A stretch of 64,000 nucleotides of DNA, taken from positions 21,762,001-21,826,000 of the forward strand of contig NC_042999.1 of NCBI RefSeq assembly GCF_006345805.1, written 5' to 3'. Shown here one piece after another: positions 50,025-62,712 of the stretch. The position numbers and the translations under genes are program-made. How positions within the stretch are numbered: the first letter of the stretch is position 1; each line of letters opens with the position of its first letter. A model generated the notes under the pieces. It was not told where the DNA came from, made no database searches, and saw only the letters and a program-made list of their open reading frames with translations. The stretch is from Octopus sinensis (Eukaryota).

Positions 50025-50585
50025 AAGGCGGCGAGCTGGCAGAAACGTTAGCACGCCGGGCGAAATGCGTTGCCGTATTTCGTCTGCCGTTACGTTCTGA
50101 GTTCAAATTCCGCCGAGGTCGACTTTGCCTTTCATCCTTTCGGGGTCGATAAATTAAGTACCAGTTATGCACTGGGGTCGATGTAATTGACTTAATACCT
50201 ATGTCTGTCCTTGTTTGTCCCCTCTATGTTTAGCCCCTTGTGGGTAATAAAGAAATAGGTATTTCGTCCGTCTTTACGTTCCTAGTTCAAATTCCACCAA
50301 GCTCGACTTCACCTTTCATCCTTTCGGGGTCGATAAATTATGTACCAGTTGCGTATTGGGGTCGATCTACTCGCCTGGACCCTTCCCCAAAAATGTCGAG
50401 CCTTGTGCCTCGAGTAGAAAAGATTACATAGATTTTAATGATCGACTGGTACTTATTTCGTAAACCCCGGATGGATGAAAAGCAAAGTCGTCATCGGTGG
50501 AATTTGAACTCAGAGCATAAAGACGAACGAAATGTTGCTAAGCATCTAGCCTAACGTTCTAACAACACTGCCAGCTCGTCGCCTT
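50025..50585. mobile_element. SINE family B cluster (plus strand 50025-50410, minus strand 50444-50585)
   Basis: gagctggcagaaacgttagcacgccgggcg head on the plus strand, and a diverged copy in the opposite orientation. Confidence 0.85.
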
Positions 50586-50594
50586 GAATGTTCG

Positions 50595-50762
50595 AGGAGT
50601 GGCTATGTGGAAAGTAGCTTGCTTACCAGCCATATGGTTCCTGGTTCATTCTCATTGCTTTACACCTAGGGCAAGTATCTTATAGTGTAGCCTCAGGCCG
50701 ACCAAAGCCATGTGGGTTTATTAGGTAGACGGAAACTGAAAGAAGCCTGTCGTATATATGTA

Positions 50763-50825
<63 letters not shown>

Positions 50826-51116
50826 ATATCTATCTATATATATATATATATATTATATATATATATATATATTATATACATATATATATGTACGTGTGTG
50901 TATTATTGGTGTGTCTGTGTTTGTTCCCCCACCATCGCTTGTCAACCGATGCTGGTGTCTTTACGTCTCCATAACTTAGCAGTTCGGCAAAGGAGACCGA
51001 TAGAATAAGTACTAGGCTTACAAAGAATAAATCCTGGGGTCGATTTGCTCGACTAAAGGCGGTGCTCCAGCATGGCCGCAGTCAAATGACTGAAACAATT
51101 AAAAAAGTAAAAGAGT
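50595..51116 (+). mobile_element. tRNA-derived SINE family A with internal (TATC)n
   Basis: Matches the 22422 copy. Confidence 0.87.
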
Positions 51117-53196
51117 ATTTTTTGCTTTGGGTATATAAATATGCAAATTGAATAGAGACTAGTTTTTTTATAGATATTAAATCTTCAATATTGAATATGA
51201 TAACTTCAGATTAGAAACACGGACCATGACCACTGTAGTGTATCGAATCACATATACATTTAGTGACTGCATCATTCGCCTGTTCCATCCTAGTTTGCTG
51301 CGCAGTACTGTTTAAAGTAACAAGCAACTGGCAAATTAAGCATTTACGTGTTCCTGCTCGGGCCTGTGACCATGCTGAATCACCATCATTGTCTTAAAAC
51401 CGAGGAAATATTTACACAGTTTAAAGAAAACAGTTAAGTAATTTCGGAAAAGAAAATGGGTAAGGCAGATTAATAGTATAATAAATATCTTTGTTAACGG
51501 ATAAGTGGTTTAAGTGCCATGTCCGTATTTCCCTCTCGAATATTGTTTGTATAGAAAATGTTGCAGGCATTTCCTAAGGTTCTTATCGATGTTAAATACT
51601 TCACAATGTGGTAAACTGACAAAATTGGCGGAGAGATTATTTATTTCCGCTCTCGGTACATGTTGATTTTGTAGTTTCTAATCTTCCTGTAGCTAGTAAA
51701 TTCACAGCAGTAGGTTAGAAGAATTCTTTAAGCCATGGACGAGATGTGTTGGGTTATCTGCTCCGACACTTTAAGTAGCAGGGATCGATTCCGTCTCCTT
51801 CTTCCGGCGTCAGTGTGTGGGGAGACAAGGATTTTACAGACTTGTTAGCAGGCATTAGCCTTCATTGTGAGAACGGAAAAACGTCGATTAGAGCAATATC
51901 TTGATCTCGTCAAAATAAAGGACCCTACAATAAATCGACAAAATCGAAAGGACAAACATTAAAGGTTAGGCATAGATGAACAGACCTTTTTCTGTCTGAT
52001 CGTTGTGCTTTGAAACGTACGTACAATCAAGGTGCTGGGGAAAATTGATTTTAATTGGTCCAGTAATCACTAATCGTGCAAACCTATAACTGAATCCATT
52101 CCAGTTATGACCACCTCTCCTTTTGTTTGTTTTGAAGATATACCTAGACAGTCAATTGCTATCAGGTAAAAAGGGTCGTTCTTTGGATTGATAATACTGT
52201 ATTTTTACTCTGATGATGGAAATTGTTTTAATTAATACTTACTTTAATTAATACTTATTAATACTTATTAATTAATACTTATTAATTGAAGAAATTTCCC
52301 TCTTACAGCCATAATAGAATAACATCACATCAACAAATGTATCTTCCTACTTCATGAGCCAAATGTCTTTTATTTACCAGTATTATATATTACACACACT
52401 CCATATGTCAATTCCCATCTGAATAACATTTAATTTGTTCTGCACAAAATTAAGTTTACTAAGAAAAGATTTTTCTTCTAAAATTACAAGTATGAAAGAA
52501 ACTTTCCATTTTAAACCTGATTAAATTTTATACTGAGTTTGGCAATTTTCTTCCTGTTTATGTTTTTGCATCTCCGTTTTGTTCTTTCTTTCTTTTATTC
52601 CAACCTAAAATCTGCAATTTTGTAAATATTTGCGTATTAAGTAAAATTGTGACAGGAAGAGGGAAAATAAAAATCAGGTAACTCTTATGTCAAAATTTGC
52701 TATAAATACGACTGTTTTATTATTACATTAGCAAGTATTTGGAGTTTGGTATTTTATTTTTGTTTTTTTTATTCCGTCATCTTCTGCTGCTTCCACAAAT
52801 TTGCATGCAACACATTTTGATTTTATTCGTTTTAATTTTTTCATGGAGATAATGTATTGCAAAATTATGAAACCTATTCACGTAAACCTTCACAAGAAAA
52901 AGAAGTATAATTTTTTGAGAAATTCATATATTAAAAAGTATGCTTAAATTAATCGAAAAAAAAACAACAATTTATCGTCTCTGTGTATGTGCGTATTCGT
53001 TTATGCACGTGAAATAGTTGGGCGGAGTTTCAGTAAGTTCGAGATGTGTGTAGCTGACGCAATATTAAAGTTTAAAGACAGCGTTGAAGCTAAAATGAAA
53101 TTAAACAAACATCTGAGTTCGATCCCTAGATAAATTACTTCTGATTTCTATATTCTCCGACAGAAAAGAATTAGATCTTAATAGTTTTATCATTTC

Positions 53197-53584
53197 TCTG
53201 TATATAAAGCTGAAGTTGTCTGTGTATGGCAGGTTTGGCAGCCTTCAACTAGCACTATCTCCTCCGAGACCCTGCGGCGCAAGTTGACCAAAATTGAGAG
53301 TATGATAGAAGAAGGCTTGCTCTTCCTTCCGTAGAAGAAAAATTGCAAACCGGACTATGTTAACAGCAAAATTATTTACATCAAAAAGGTGCTTTTTTTC
53401 TCTGAAAATCCCTATTTTTTTACGATATTTTGACTGTTGTGTCGCCATTTTCCGGTGTATTTCAACCAGGAAATTGTTTACTTAAAGAGAATAACAAGCT
53501 ACATAATACACAATTTTTACTTTTTAAAAATTCCAATTCTATAAGGTCGAAATAAACCCGAGCAACGCCGGGCGATACTGCTAG
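53197..53584 (+). mobile_element. Non-autonomous Helitron-like element
   Basis: 5' tctgtatataaag...; 3' cccgagcaacgccggg hairpin then cgatactgCTAG followed by T. The 3' end is shared with the 42432-43219 units but the interior differs. Confidence 0.75.
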
Positions 53585-53683
53585 TTATACAATTATATTT
53601 ATCGACATTCTTTACACACAGTCACTTAGATTGGTTTTTTATCGAAACCATTTGAGATTATTTGATATTTTAATGTTAACTAT

Positions 53684-54105
53684 AGGCGCAGGCGTGGCTA
53701 TCTGGTACGAAATTTGCCTTCCAACCACATGACTCTGGATACAGCCACACTGCGTGCCACCTTGGGCAAGTGTCTTCTATTATGGTCCCAGATCGTATAA
53801 AGCGTTGTGATTTCAAAGAAAAAATCAAATGTAACCCATCTTTTATGTATATATATGCGTGTGTGTGTGTGTGTGTGCGTATGTGTGTGCCTGCGTTTGT
53901 GCCTGTGTGCATGCGTGTGTGCGCGTGTGCGTGTGTGTGTGTGTGTGTGTGCGCGCCCTTTTGCATGTGTCTGTGTCTGTTTTTTCATGTCTGTGATTGT
54001 ACCATACCAACGGGTGACAAACGATTTTGGTGTTTACGTCCACATAACTTAGCGGTTCGGCAAAAAGAGAGTGATTGAATATGTACCAAACTTCAAATAT
54101 AAGAA
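53684..54105 (+). mobile_element. tRNA-derived SINE family A, diverged
   Basis: aggcgcaggcgtggcta head; ccaccttgggcaagtgtcttct body. Confidence 0.75.
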
Positions 54106-54435
54106 AATTAAAGGGTTGGATAATGATGACAGTAACGATATATAATACATTTGAATGAGAACACACTAACATAAATTGGTTGAGACTTGTTGAGTCGATC
54201 CCCGCTGCTATAGTTCAACTAACATGATAAGAAAAAGGCAATATTATCCACAACAGAATATGGTCTCACAATACAGAGAATCATAACAAAATTATCAACG
54301 ACAAAAACAGTATTAGTTCAAAATGGCAATCTGTCTATCAATGATAAAGCATATACCGTGTTTCAAAGCCTGGTGAACTACTTTCTTATGACCATTAATG
54401 CAGTTTAACAGGTTTTGAACGATGTATGTATTTTG

Positions 54436-54774
54436 AGAGAAGGTGCATGGCTCAGTGGTTAGAACGTCGAGCTTACGATCGTGAGATTGTGAGTTCGAAT
54501 CCCGGACCGCACTGCGTGTTGTGTTCTTGAGCAAGACACTTTATTTCACGTTGCTCCAGTTCACTCAGCTGTAGAAATGAGTTGCAACATCACATGTTCC
54601 AAGCTGTATCGGCCCCTTTGCTTTCCCTTGAATAACACTGGTGGCGTGGAGAGGGGAGGCCGGTATGCATGGGCGACTTCTGGTCTTCCATAAACAACAT
54701 TGCCCGGACTTATGCCTGGGAGGGTAACTTCCTAGGTCCAATCCCATGGTCATCCATGAACGAAGGGGGTCTCC
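54436..54774 (+). mobile_element. tRNA-derived SINE family C
   Basis: tggctcagtggttagaacgtc (A box) and gagttcgaatcccgg (B box), then a non-tRNA body shared with 30410 and 63201. Confidence 0.88.
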
Positions 54775-55262
54775 GCATTACGAATTGCTATTTAGAACTA
54801 ACACTGGGTCTGTCGCTTATAACGAATTTTATTCAGCTTGCCAGTTAATTACTACTGCAGTGATTGTTCGATCACTGTTTTCTTATATCAGTAATGCCTG
54901 GTTTTATTTCAGCATGTGGTTACTTTCTCTATAAAGAGGCAAGTACACGAATTTAGCAATACCGACAGACAGACAGACAGACAGACTTAGTAGAGCTTTG
55001 CAGGGATTGTTCGAGCACTCTCCGTTCTGAGTTCAAATCCAACAAAGGCCAGCTCAGTTTTACTTATTTATTCGGTCGATAATTAAATTGGAACTTGAGT
55101 GCTATGGCCGGAAGAAATCGGTTGTATATGAACTTGCAGTAACACGGGCTCTGTGAAATATGAAAATGCCTGAGAAACACCATATATCACTCAGCCGGCT
55201 CTACGACACTATTAGAATGACAGCTTGACAGGAAAAAAAAAATATATATAATATATATATAA

Positions 55263-55529
55263 CAATTGCAACGTGGAAGGAGTTTGTAAGCCATTTAAGA
55301 AACACACAAAAGCCGTTCGATTCACTTCAACAGTTAAGTTTAATTTGTCAAAATATTTTCGTCGCTAAAATCCGCGACCTGTTCACTGCAGCACGGATTT
55401 TTGTCAGTGAACAGGTCGCGGATTTTAGCGACGAAAATATTTTGACAAATTAAACTTAACTGTTGAAGTGAATCGAACGGCTTTGTGTGTTTCTTAAATG
55501 GCTTATAAACACCTTCCACGCTGCAATTG
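55263..55529. repeat. About 125-bp inverted repeat with a 16-nt spacer, containing hammerhead-like motifs
   Basis: Arms 55263-55388 and 55405-55529 are reverse complements with few mismatches. Confidence 0.93.
55400..55449 (+). ncRNA. Minimal type I hammerhead-like motif with a G3:C8 compensatory core
   Basis: tttgtca-GTGAACA-G-GTCGC-ggatttta-GCGAC-GAAA-ATAT-TT-tgacaaa. Stem I is 7 bp, stem II is 5 bp, helix III is palindromic AATATT, cleavage triplet is UUU. Confidence 0.62.
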
Positions 55530-55583
55530 ATTTCGTTTCAGCACACGATCTCAGATAAAATTACTTGCTATGCGAGTACATCT

Positions 55584-55611
<28 letters not shown>

Positions 55612-55617
<6 letters not shown>

Positions 55618-55800
55618 CGGGAAGGTTTACGAAAATAAACAAAAGACGAAGGCAGGTGGAGTACAAACAAACAATTGTATTAGTATGGCGCTCGGGAATA
55701 GAAATAAAAGAAGTCTTTTACGTTTCGAGCCTACGCTCTTCAATAGAATGATACACAGGAAAGAAACAAGGAGAGAAACAAGGAGAGAAAAAAATGCGTG
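55612..55800. mobile_element. Short interspersed repeat with a CUGUUGA-type hammerhead-like motif (family shared with 63625-63900)
   Basis: 55615-55710 is the reverse complement of about 63625-63727, and 55714-55751 matches 63827-63864. Confidence 0.6.
55714..55751 (-). ncRNA. Degenerate hammerhead-like motif (core CTATTGA)
   Basis: Minus strand: tcatt-CTATTGA-A-GAGC-GTAG-GCTC-GAAA-CG-TA-aaaga. Confidence 0.4.
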
Positions 55801-55857
55801 CAGGAGCTAACGATTCAACATGGCGTTCTGATTTCAGTCAGAAGTCAGGAGTAAATC

Positions 55858-56108
55858 CAAACTTACAGGGAAAAATTATATTTAGGATTAAATCTAATTT
55901 TATAGTCTAAATATATATATTATATTAGAGATAAAACCACTATTAGGCAAATCAAACAGTGAAAATCATAAACCAATACATAGAAAAAAATTTTAAATAA
56001 TTTAATTTTGAATTTTATATTTTATATTTTTTATTAATTAATTTTTTTCTATATATTGGTTTATGATTTTCACAGTTTGATTTGCCTAATAGTGGTTTTA
56101 TCTCTAAT
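55858..56108. repeat. Fold-back family copy (as 68-326) with the extension seen at about 350-405
   Basis: Palindromic arms 55924 to about 55990 and about 56043-56108. ccaaacttacag...tttaggattaaatctaattttatag is the reverse complement of about 345-405. Confidence 0.85.
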
Positions 56109-56115
56109 TTAATAT

Positions 56116-56280
<165 letters not shown>

Positions 56281-56290
56281 TATATCAATC

Positions 56291-56800
56291 ACTTGTTTAA
56301 GTTATTAGACTGCGGCCATGCAGGAGCACAGCATTGAAGGATTTTTTTTGTCGACCACAGTAGCTACTTTTCAAGCTGTTCAATCAGTAATTTTTTTCAA
56401 ACCGCCTTGAACACAACACCGGTTGTCACGCGGTGGTAAGTGATACATACACAGACACAGACACACACACACGCACACACGCACGCACACACACACACAC
56501 ACATACACACACACACACACAAATATATATATATATATATATAACTTATAAATGAGGGCAGATAAAAAATTCTTATGCAAAATATGCTGGGAAATAGACT
56601 TTAAATCGTCATATAACCACATATAATTCCTCATTATATATATATATATATGCTTCTTTCAATTTCCACCTAGCAAATCCTGTCGCATTTGGACGGCCCG
56701 CAGCTATAGTAGAAGGTAGTTGGTTGGCCAAAATACCACGCAGTGGGACTGAAACCGGAACCATGTGCTTGGGAGCCAAATTTCTTACCACACATACTCG
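56291..56800 (-). mobile_element. tRNA-derived SINE family A, diverged
   Basis: Reverse-complement head and tail motifs with an internal (CA)n/(TA)n. Confidence 0.75.
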
Positions 56801-57619
56801 CACACACAATTATATATATGTATATTAGCTGTGTAATTCTGTTGAAGCGTGTATTTATACATACATACATATACATATACATCTCTCTCTCTCTCTTCAT
56901 ATATATATATACATATATGCAATTTGGCATGAATGCATTTGGCATATGTACATGTGTGCTTTCTAAAGGCTCTTTTTTTTGTATATATAGGTTTATATAT
57001 CAATATTACCATTCAACTGTGTATAAATATAGATGTGTGTGTGTGTGTATTACAAATATGGCTTCTTCCGTATGTCTTAGCTTTATCTTTTAGTTGTTAA
57101 ATTTTAACTACTTATTTCAAATTGAATCAAATTCGCAATCATTTTCCGAAAAAGCCATTTAAGGTTTCTCACTCACTTTCGCTACTAGGCTTATTATAGT
57201 CATAGAATTTCTTTTCTTTTGTACATTTGTGCCTTTGAAAAGAATGCAGTAGTATTAAATTACGTGATACTTATTTTAGCAATGATAGTAAGAAAATAAA
57301 TCGTATCGCTATATACTAATTCATTTTTAATCTATACGCTCCCTCTCTCAGAAATTTTGTAAACATTCGCCATACCGTGCAACTTTTCGTAAGTTATAAT
57401 AAACTAAATCTCAATTTAAGCAGTAATTAAACAGTAATTAAGTCAAGCAATTTAATCAAGCGTAATTAAGTAAGTGAATACCACTGGAATTTACTAACCA
57501 TTTCACTCCTTAATGTACTAAACAATATAATACAGTAAATGGCCGATTTAGAAGAGTAAGAGCAACTTATTTACATTATTTACATTCGACGGATATTTGT
57601 CCTCATCTTGTTTGTTGTT

Positions 57620-57664
57620 AACACAACTTTCGGCTGATATGCCCTCAAGCCTTCTTCAGGTGTC
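57620..57664 (-). ncRNA. Degenerate minimal hammerhead
   Basis: gacac-CTGAAGA-A-GGCT...AGCC-GAAA-G-TT-gtgtt; one helix III base is deleted. Confidence 0.45.
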
Positions 57665-57807
57665 TTGTGGAAATTTCGTTGAAAAGGTTGCAAGAAGCAA
57701 CGAAACTTTTAGGACAATAAAAATAAGAAAAAAAAGTGGAAATTTTACCGGTGAGTGTGTTACATAATAAGGCACAAAAAGAAAATGACTCTCCCCAGAC
57801 ACAACAG

Positions 57808-57844
<37 letters not shown>

Positions 57845-57885
57845 TATTATTATTATCATCATCATCATTATCATTATTATTATTA

Positions 57886-57930
<45 letters not shown>

Positions 57931-57998
57931 TGCTATTGTTCAGGTCACTACTTGGAATCGAACTTAGGAATGAGATCCCAGGTTCGAAATTTCCCCAA

Positions 57999-58045
57999 GA
58001 CACCTGAAGAAGACTTGGAGGGCATATCAGCCGAAACTTTGTGTT
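57999..58045 (+). ncRNA. Degenerate minimal hammerhead
   Basis: gacac-CTGAAGA-A-gacttggagggcatatcagcc-GAAA-CT-TT-gtgtt; ACGT is changed to ACTT and stem II is damaged. Confidence 0.45.
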
Positions 58046-58378
58046 AACAACAAACAAGGGGAGGACAAATATCCGTCGAATGTAAATAATGTAAACATCG
58101 TATATAGTTTCTCATCTCTTAAATTTAGAACAGTAAGAGCAACTGTCTTATAATTCTTTTTGATTGGGGCAAACATCATGCGTTGTTCCTGGTATATGCC
58201 GATATACAAGAATGTTTTGCAGGTACCGGCCTTTATGAGCAAGGTAGCTAAGTTTAATGGCATCTTTCGAATGGAAGCACCTTTCAATTATTCTTTACTT
58301 TGAAAACTCATTCTGCTATCCGTTTCTGTGATTAACAGAATGGAGTCCCACCAACAGTACACTTCTTAGATTTCGGTT

Positions 58379-58605
58379 GAGCTGCCAGAAACGTTAGCAC
58401 GCCGAGCGAAATGCGTAGCCGTGTTTCGTCTGTCGTTAAGTTCTGAGTTCAAATTCCGCCGAGGTCGACTTTGCCTTCCATCCTTTCGGGGTCGATTAAA
58501 TAAGTACCAGTTACGCACTGGGGTCGATGTAATCAACTTAATCCGTTTGTCTGTCCTTGTTTGTCCTCTCTGTGTTTAGCCCCTTGTTGGTAGTAAAGAA
58601 TTAGG
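58379..58605 (+). mobile_element. SINE family B
   Basis: Matches 50025-50260. Confidence 0.88.
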
Positions 58606-58829
58606 TTATTCTTATGAGATATTTCACGTGTTGATGTTCTGTTGATTAATCGTGCTTGTCTATTTGGTAAACCTGATGAGTTGAGAGCTATGTAACATAT
58701 TATATAACTTTGTGTTAATTGTATATATTGCATACCTGACTGTACCATGTTTACGTCATAAAAAAGACGCGTAATGAAACAATTGTGGCACTAGCAGATA
58801 AACTGTTCTTTTCTTATTGGCACGAACCT

Positions 58830-59360
58830 ATAGTAGGAGACACTTGCCCAAGGTGCTACACAGTGGTAATGAATATATATATATACGACTGGCTTTTTTC
58901 AGTTTCCGTCTACTAAATCCACTCACAACGCTTTGGTCGGCCCGAGTCTAAAGTAGAAGACACTTGCCCAAGGTGCCACGAAGTGGGACTGAACCCTGAA
59001 CCATGTGGTTGGTAAACAAGCTACTGACCACACTCCCATTCCTGAGAACGATAATATTTTGAAAAAAAGGTGTTCAGTGTTTAATTTTATATGTGTGTGT
59101 GCACGTGCATGTGTGCACGTGAATGAGTGCACGTGTGCACGTGTGTGAGTGTATGTGTCTGCACGTGTCTGTGTGTGTGCACATGCGTGTGTGTATGTGC
59201 GCATGCGCTCGTTTGCGTGTGTGTGTGGGTGTGTGTTACTTACTCTTTTACTCTTTCACTTGTTTCAGTCATTTGACTGTAGCCATGCTGGGGCACCGCC
59301 TTTAGTCGAGCAAATTGACCACAGGACATATTCTTTGTAAGCCTAGTACTTATTCTATCG
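58830..59360 (-). mobile_element. tRNA-derived SINE family A fragments
   Basis: Head-side fragments at about 58830-59045 and a tail fragment at about 59235-59360. Confidence 0.75.
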
Positions 59361-59870
59361 CGCAGCTCTGTGTACCTTGGGTATGTGCTGTGGTTTGTTG
59401 CAATGCTCTTATCTTCACAGTATTGAAAGCGTTTTACATCGGATAAGTACGGTGCCTAGTAGTGCTATTTCCTCTATGTTATATATACTTGTTAGTCCTG
59501 GTGTTAATGCTATATATTTGTCTGACTGTTTTCAGATCACACATAATGCGCCTAATATAATAGGAATTGTTTCTGTTTTGAGACTCCACATTCGAGTTAC
59601 CTCTATTTCCAGATCTTTGTATTTTGAAAGTTTCTCCTTTTCTTTTAGAGAAATATTGTCATCTGTATTATTATTATTATTATTATTCAGTAGTTTTATT
59701 TTTATAGCGTGCTTTCACTTCACTACCGAGCGCAGCTCTGTTTGCCTTGGGTATGTGCTGTGATTTGTTGTGATGCTCTGATGGTTATTGTATGGAAAGT
59801 GTTCTGCGTAGGATGTGTGCAGTGCCTAGTAGTGCAATTTTCTGTATGTTATATGTGTTTGTAAGTCCTG
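59361..59870 (-). mobile_element. Two 5'-truncated R4/Dong-like non-LTR retrotransposon 3' ends in (TAA)n
   Basis: 59663-59361 translates DDNISLKEKEKLSKYKDLEIEVTRMWSLKTETIPIILGAL...IALLGT, a restriction-like endonuclease C-terminus. 59870-59686 translates to a second copy (GLTNTYNIQKIALLGTAHILRRTLS*) with 3' UTR and (AAT)n tail. Confidence 0.8.
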
Positions 59871-59919
<49 letters not shown>

Positions 59920-60115
59920 GTATTATCATCATCATCATCAGCGTCATCAGCGTCATCATTACCGCCGTCACCATTATTTCTATCATTATTGTTGAGGGTA
60001 GTACTTCATCTACTTTGATGAGCACCCAAGTCCTTCGTTTAATCATTTAGATATCGTCATTTATAAATGACACCATCGTTATTTGCATATTGCGCCATGT
60101 AAATAATTAGCGAAA

Positions 60116-60146
<31 letters not shown>

Positions 60147-60508
60147 ATGGCGGTTTTCTTCTCAGATTGATATCTTCATTTCTTTCATTTTCATTTATTT
60201 AACGGCTTCTTGTCATTATTATTATCGTTTTTATTATTTTTTTTTTACTTATTGTACGTCGCTTCTAAAACAAGTTAGTGTAATAGTCTGTTCATGACTG
60301 AATTCTAATTGGAATTTTGTAACAGCTGCTAACAGTGCTGTCAATGGGAATGTATTTCCAACTATATTGTGTGAAGTGAATACGTGTGTGAGTTTGCACG
60401 TGAAAAACAATACATATACATACTTATATTTACAGAGTGAGAGGGAAGGAAAGAAAGAAAGAAAGAGGGAGATACACACACACAAACACACACACACCAC
60501 ACACACAC

Positions 60509-60571
<63 letters not shown>

Positions 60572-60709
60572 TACATTACTATCTGACTTGAACGATTTTT
60601 ATCATACCTTTTTCTCTCTCTCTCTCTCGCTCTCGCGCCCTCCTCTTTATCTATCTATCCTTATCTATATTTATGTCACTGTGTCTCCCTCTTACTTTAT
60701 ATATGTACG

Positions 60710-60714
<5 letters not shown>

Positions 60715-60764
<50 letters not shown>

Positions 60765-60801
60765 GATAGATAGGTAGATAGGTAGATTGATAGATAGATA
60801 T

Positions 60802-60882
<81 letters not shown>

Positions 60883-60885
60883 CAG
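60715..60885. repeat. (TA)n + (GATA)n microsatellite
   Basis: Directly visible. Confidence 0.96.
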
Positions 60886-61094
60886 ACCTAATATGTGTCT
60901 GTCTGTCTGTTTCACTCTTTAATGCAAGAGATACAAGATTCATTTGAAAAGATAAATTCTCATCACTCCTTAATAATACTTCATTTTCATTATTTTTTTT
61001 CATAGCTCTCAGGTTTGAACTATTATTCCTAAAACTTATTCATTGTCATTTCGTCATAATTTTAATTATCTTCCAATTTATTGACGCTATTGTT

Positions 61095-61101
61095 ATCGTT
61101 G

Positions 61102-61170
<69 letters not shown>

Positions 61171-61369
61171 CCACCATCAATATTATCATCATTATCGTGA
61201 TCGTCGTCGGCGTCGTCATCATTATCACGACCACCAACAATACCACATTTTCCTCCTCATCAGTCCCATCTCCAACTCTACATTCCCCTCCTGCGCAATA
61301 TCATTATCAACATCATCATCATCATCATCATCATAATCATCATCATCATCATCATAATCATCATCATCG

Positions 61370-61404
<35 letters not shown>

Positions 61405-61550
61405 GTCGTCGTATCATCAACATCATCATCATCATCATCATCCTCCTCCTCATCATCATCATCATCACCATCATCATCATCATCGTCATCGTCATCATCA
61501 TCATCATCATCACCATCATCATTATCATCTCCATCAACAGCATCATCGAC
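61095..61550. repeat. Interrupted (CAT)n/(CGT)n trinucleotide repeat
   Basis: Directly visible. Confidence 0.95.
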
Positions 61551-61878
61551 ATCAGCTGTTGGATACAACCTCGGCACTGGATCATACTTCCAGACATTGC
61601 AAGCGAATACATTGGGATTACTTTTTCTCCACCATCGTCCGTGAAACTTCTGACGATCTAACTTTAAATGTAAAAGAACATATGCTTGCTAATGCAATGG
61701 ACAGTGATAAACTTCAGCTAAACCAGAAAACTAAGAAGAAATATCACAAGTTAGAACTGTCAATATCAACGTCGTAATCACTCTCTGCTGACAGATATTA
61801 TAATTTTTACCATGTCTCGAATTTCGATCTCAGGATGTGTATACTCTGTATGTATGTATACATACATACATATATATA

Positions 61879-61923
<45 letters not shown>

Positions 61924-61973
61924 ATATATATTATATATATTTGTGTGTGTGTTGTGTGTATGTGTATATATAT

Positions 61974-62018
<45 letters not shown>

Positions 62019-62324
62019 TATAGATAATAGATAGATAGATGGGCAGCAAACCAGTAATTCATTGGATATTTTTTGTCCTTCAATGAGATTAATTTAACCT
62101 CTATTTAAATTTATATATATATATACATATATGTATATATATGTATATATATATAATGAAAATATGCAATAATGCATTACCCCAAGGATATCCTTGTTGG
62201 TTATTTTAATTATGATCACCCTATTTTGAATTATATGGATAATACAATACTAAATTCTGATGCTTTTAACTTAAGTGCCATATTCATCTGAATCTCATTT
62301 TACTGAACTGAGATATGTATGTAT

Positions 62325-62371
<47 letters not shown>

Positions 62372-62455
62372 AATTAATTAAGGGTAGAAATTGATATTTA
62401 TCAATTAAGACCAGTGGTCTAGCATATTAAAAAAGAATCCGAAGATTAAAATATT

Positions 62456-62661
62456 TATATATACCAATTAAGGACTGAACACGAAAAGTGGACAGTCAAC
62501 ATGCTAGATATAGACGTCAAATCGCCATTCACCACAAAAGATTATGTTCTCAGATCAAACTCAAGAGTTTGATCTGAGAACATAATCTTTTGTGGTGAAT
62601 GGCGATTTGACGTCTATATCTAGCATGTTGACTGTCCACTTTTCGTGTTCAGTCCTTAATT

Positions 62662-62671
<10 letters not shown>
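62456..62671. repeat. Perfect 107-bp inverted repeat with a 2-nt loop
   Basis: 62456-62562 is the exact reverse complement of 62565-62671 by my reading; centre is aaactc-aa-gagttt. Confidence 0.93.

Positions 62672-62712
<41 letters not shown>

Larger units (their letters stand above)
57570..58095. repeat. About 110-bp inverted repeat around a spacer with (ATT)n; each arm carries a hammerhead-like motif
   Basis: Arms 57570-57678 and 57985-58095. Confidence 0.9.

Noticed and set aside
58665-58795. CTGATGA plus a downstream GAAACAATTGT palindrome
   Set aside because: The two halves do not close a stem II, the cleavage position would be G, and there is no stem I.
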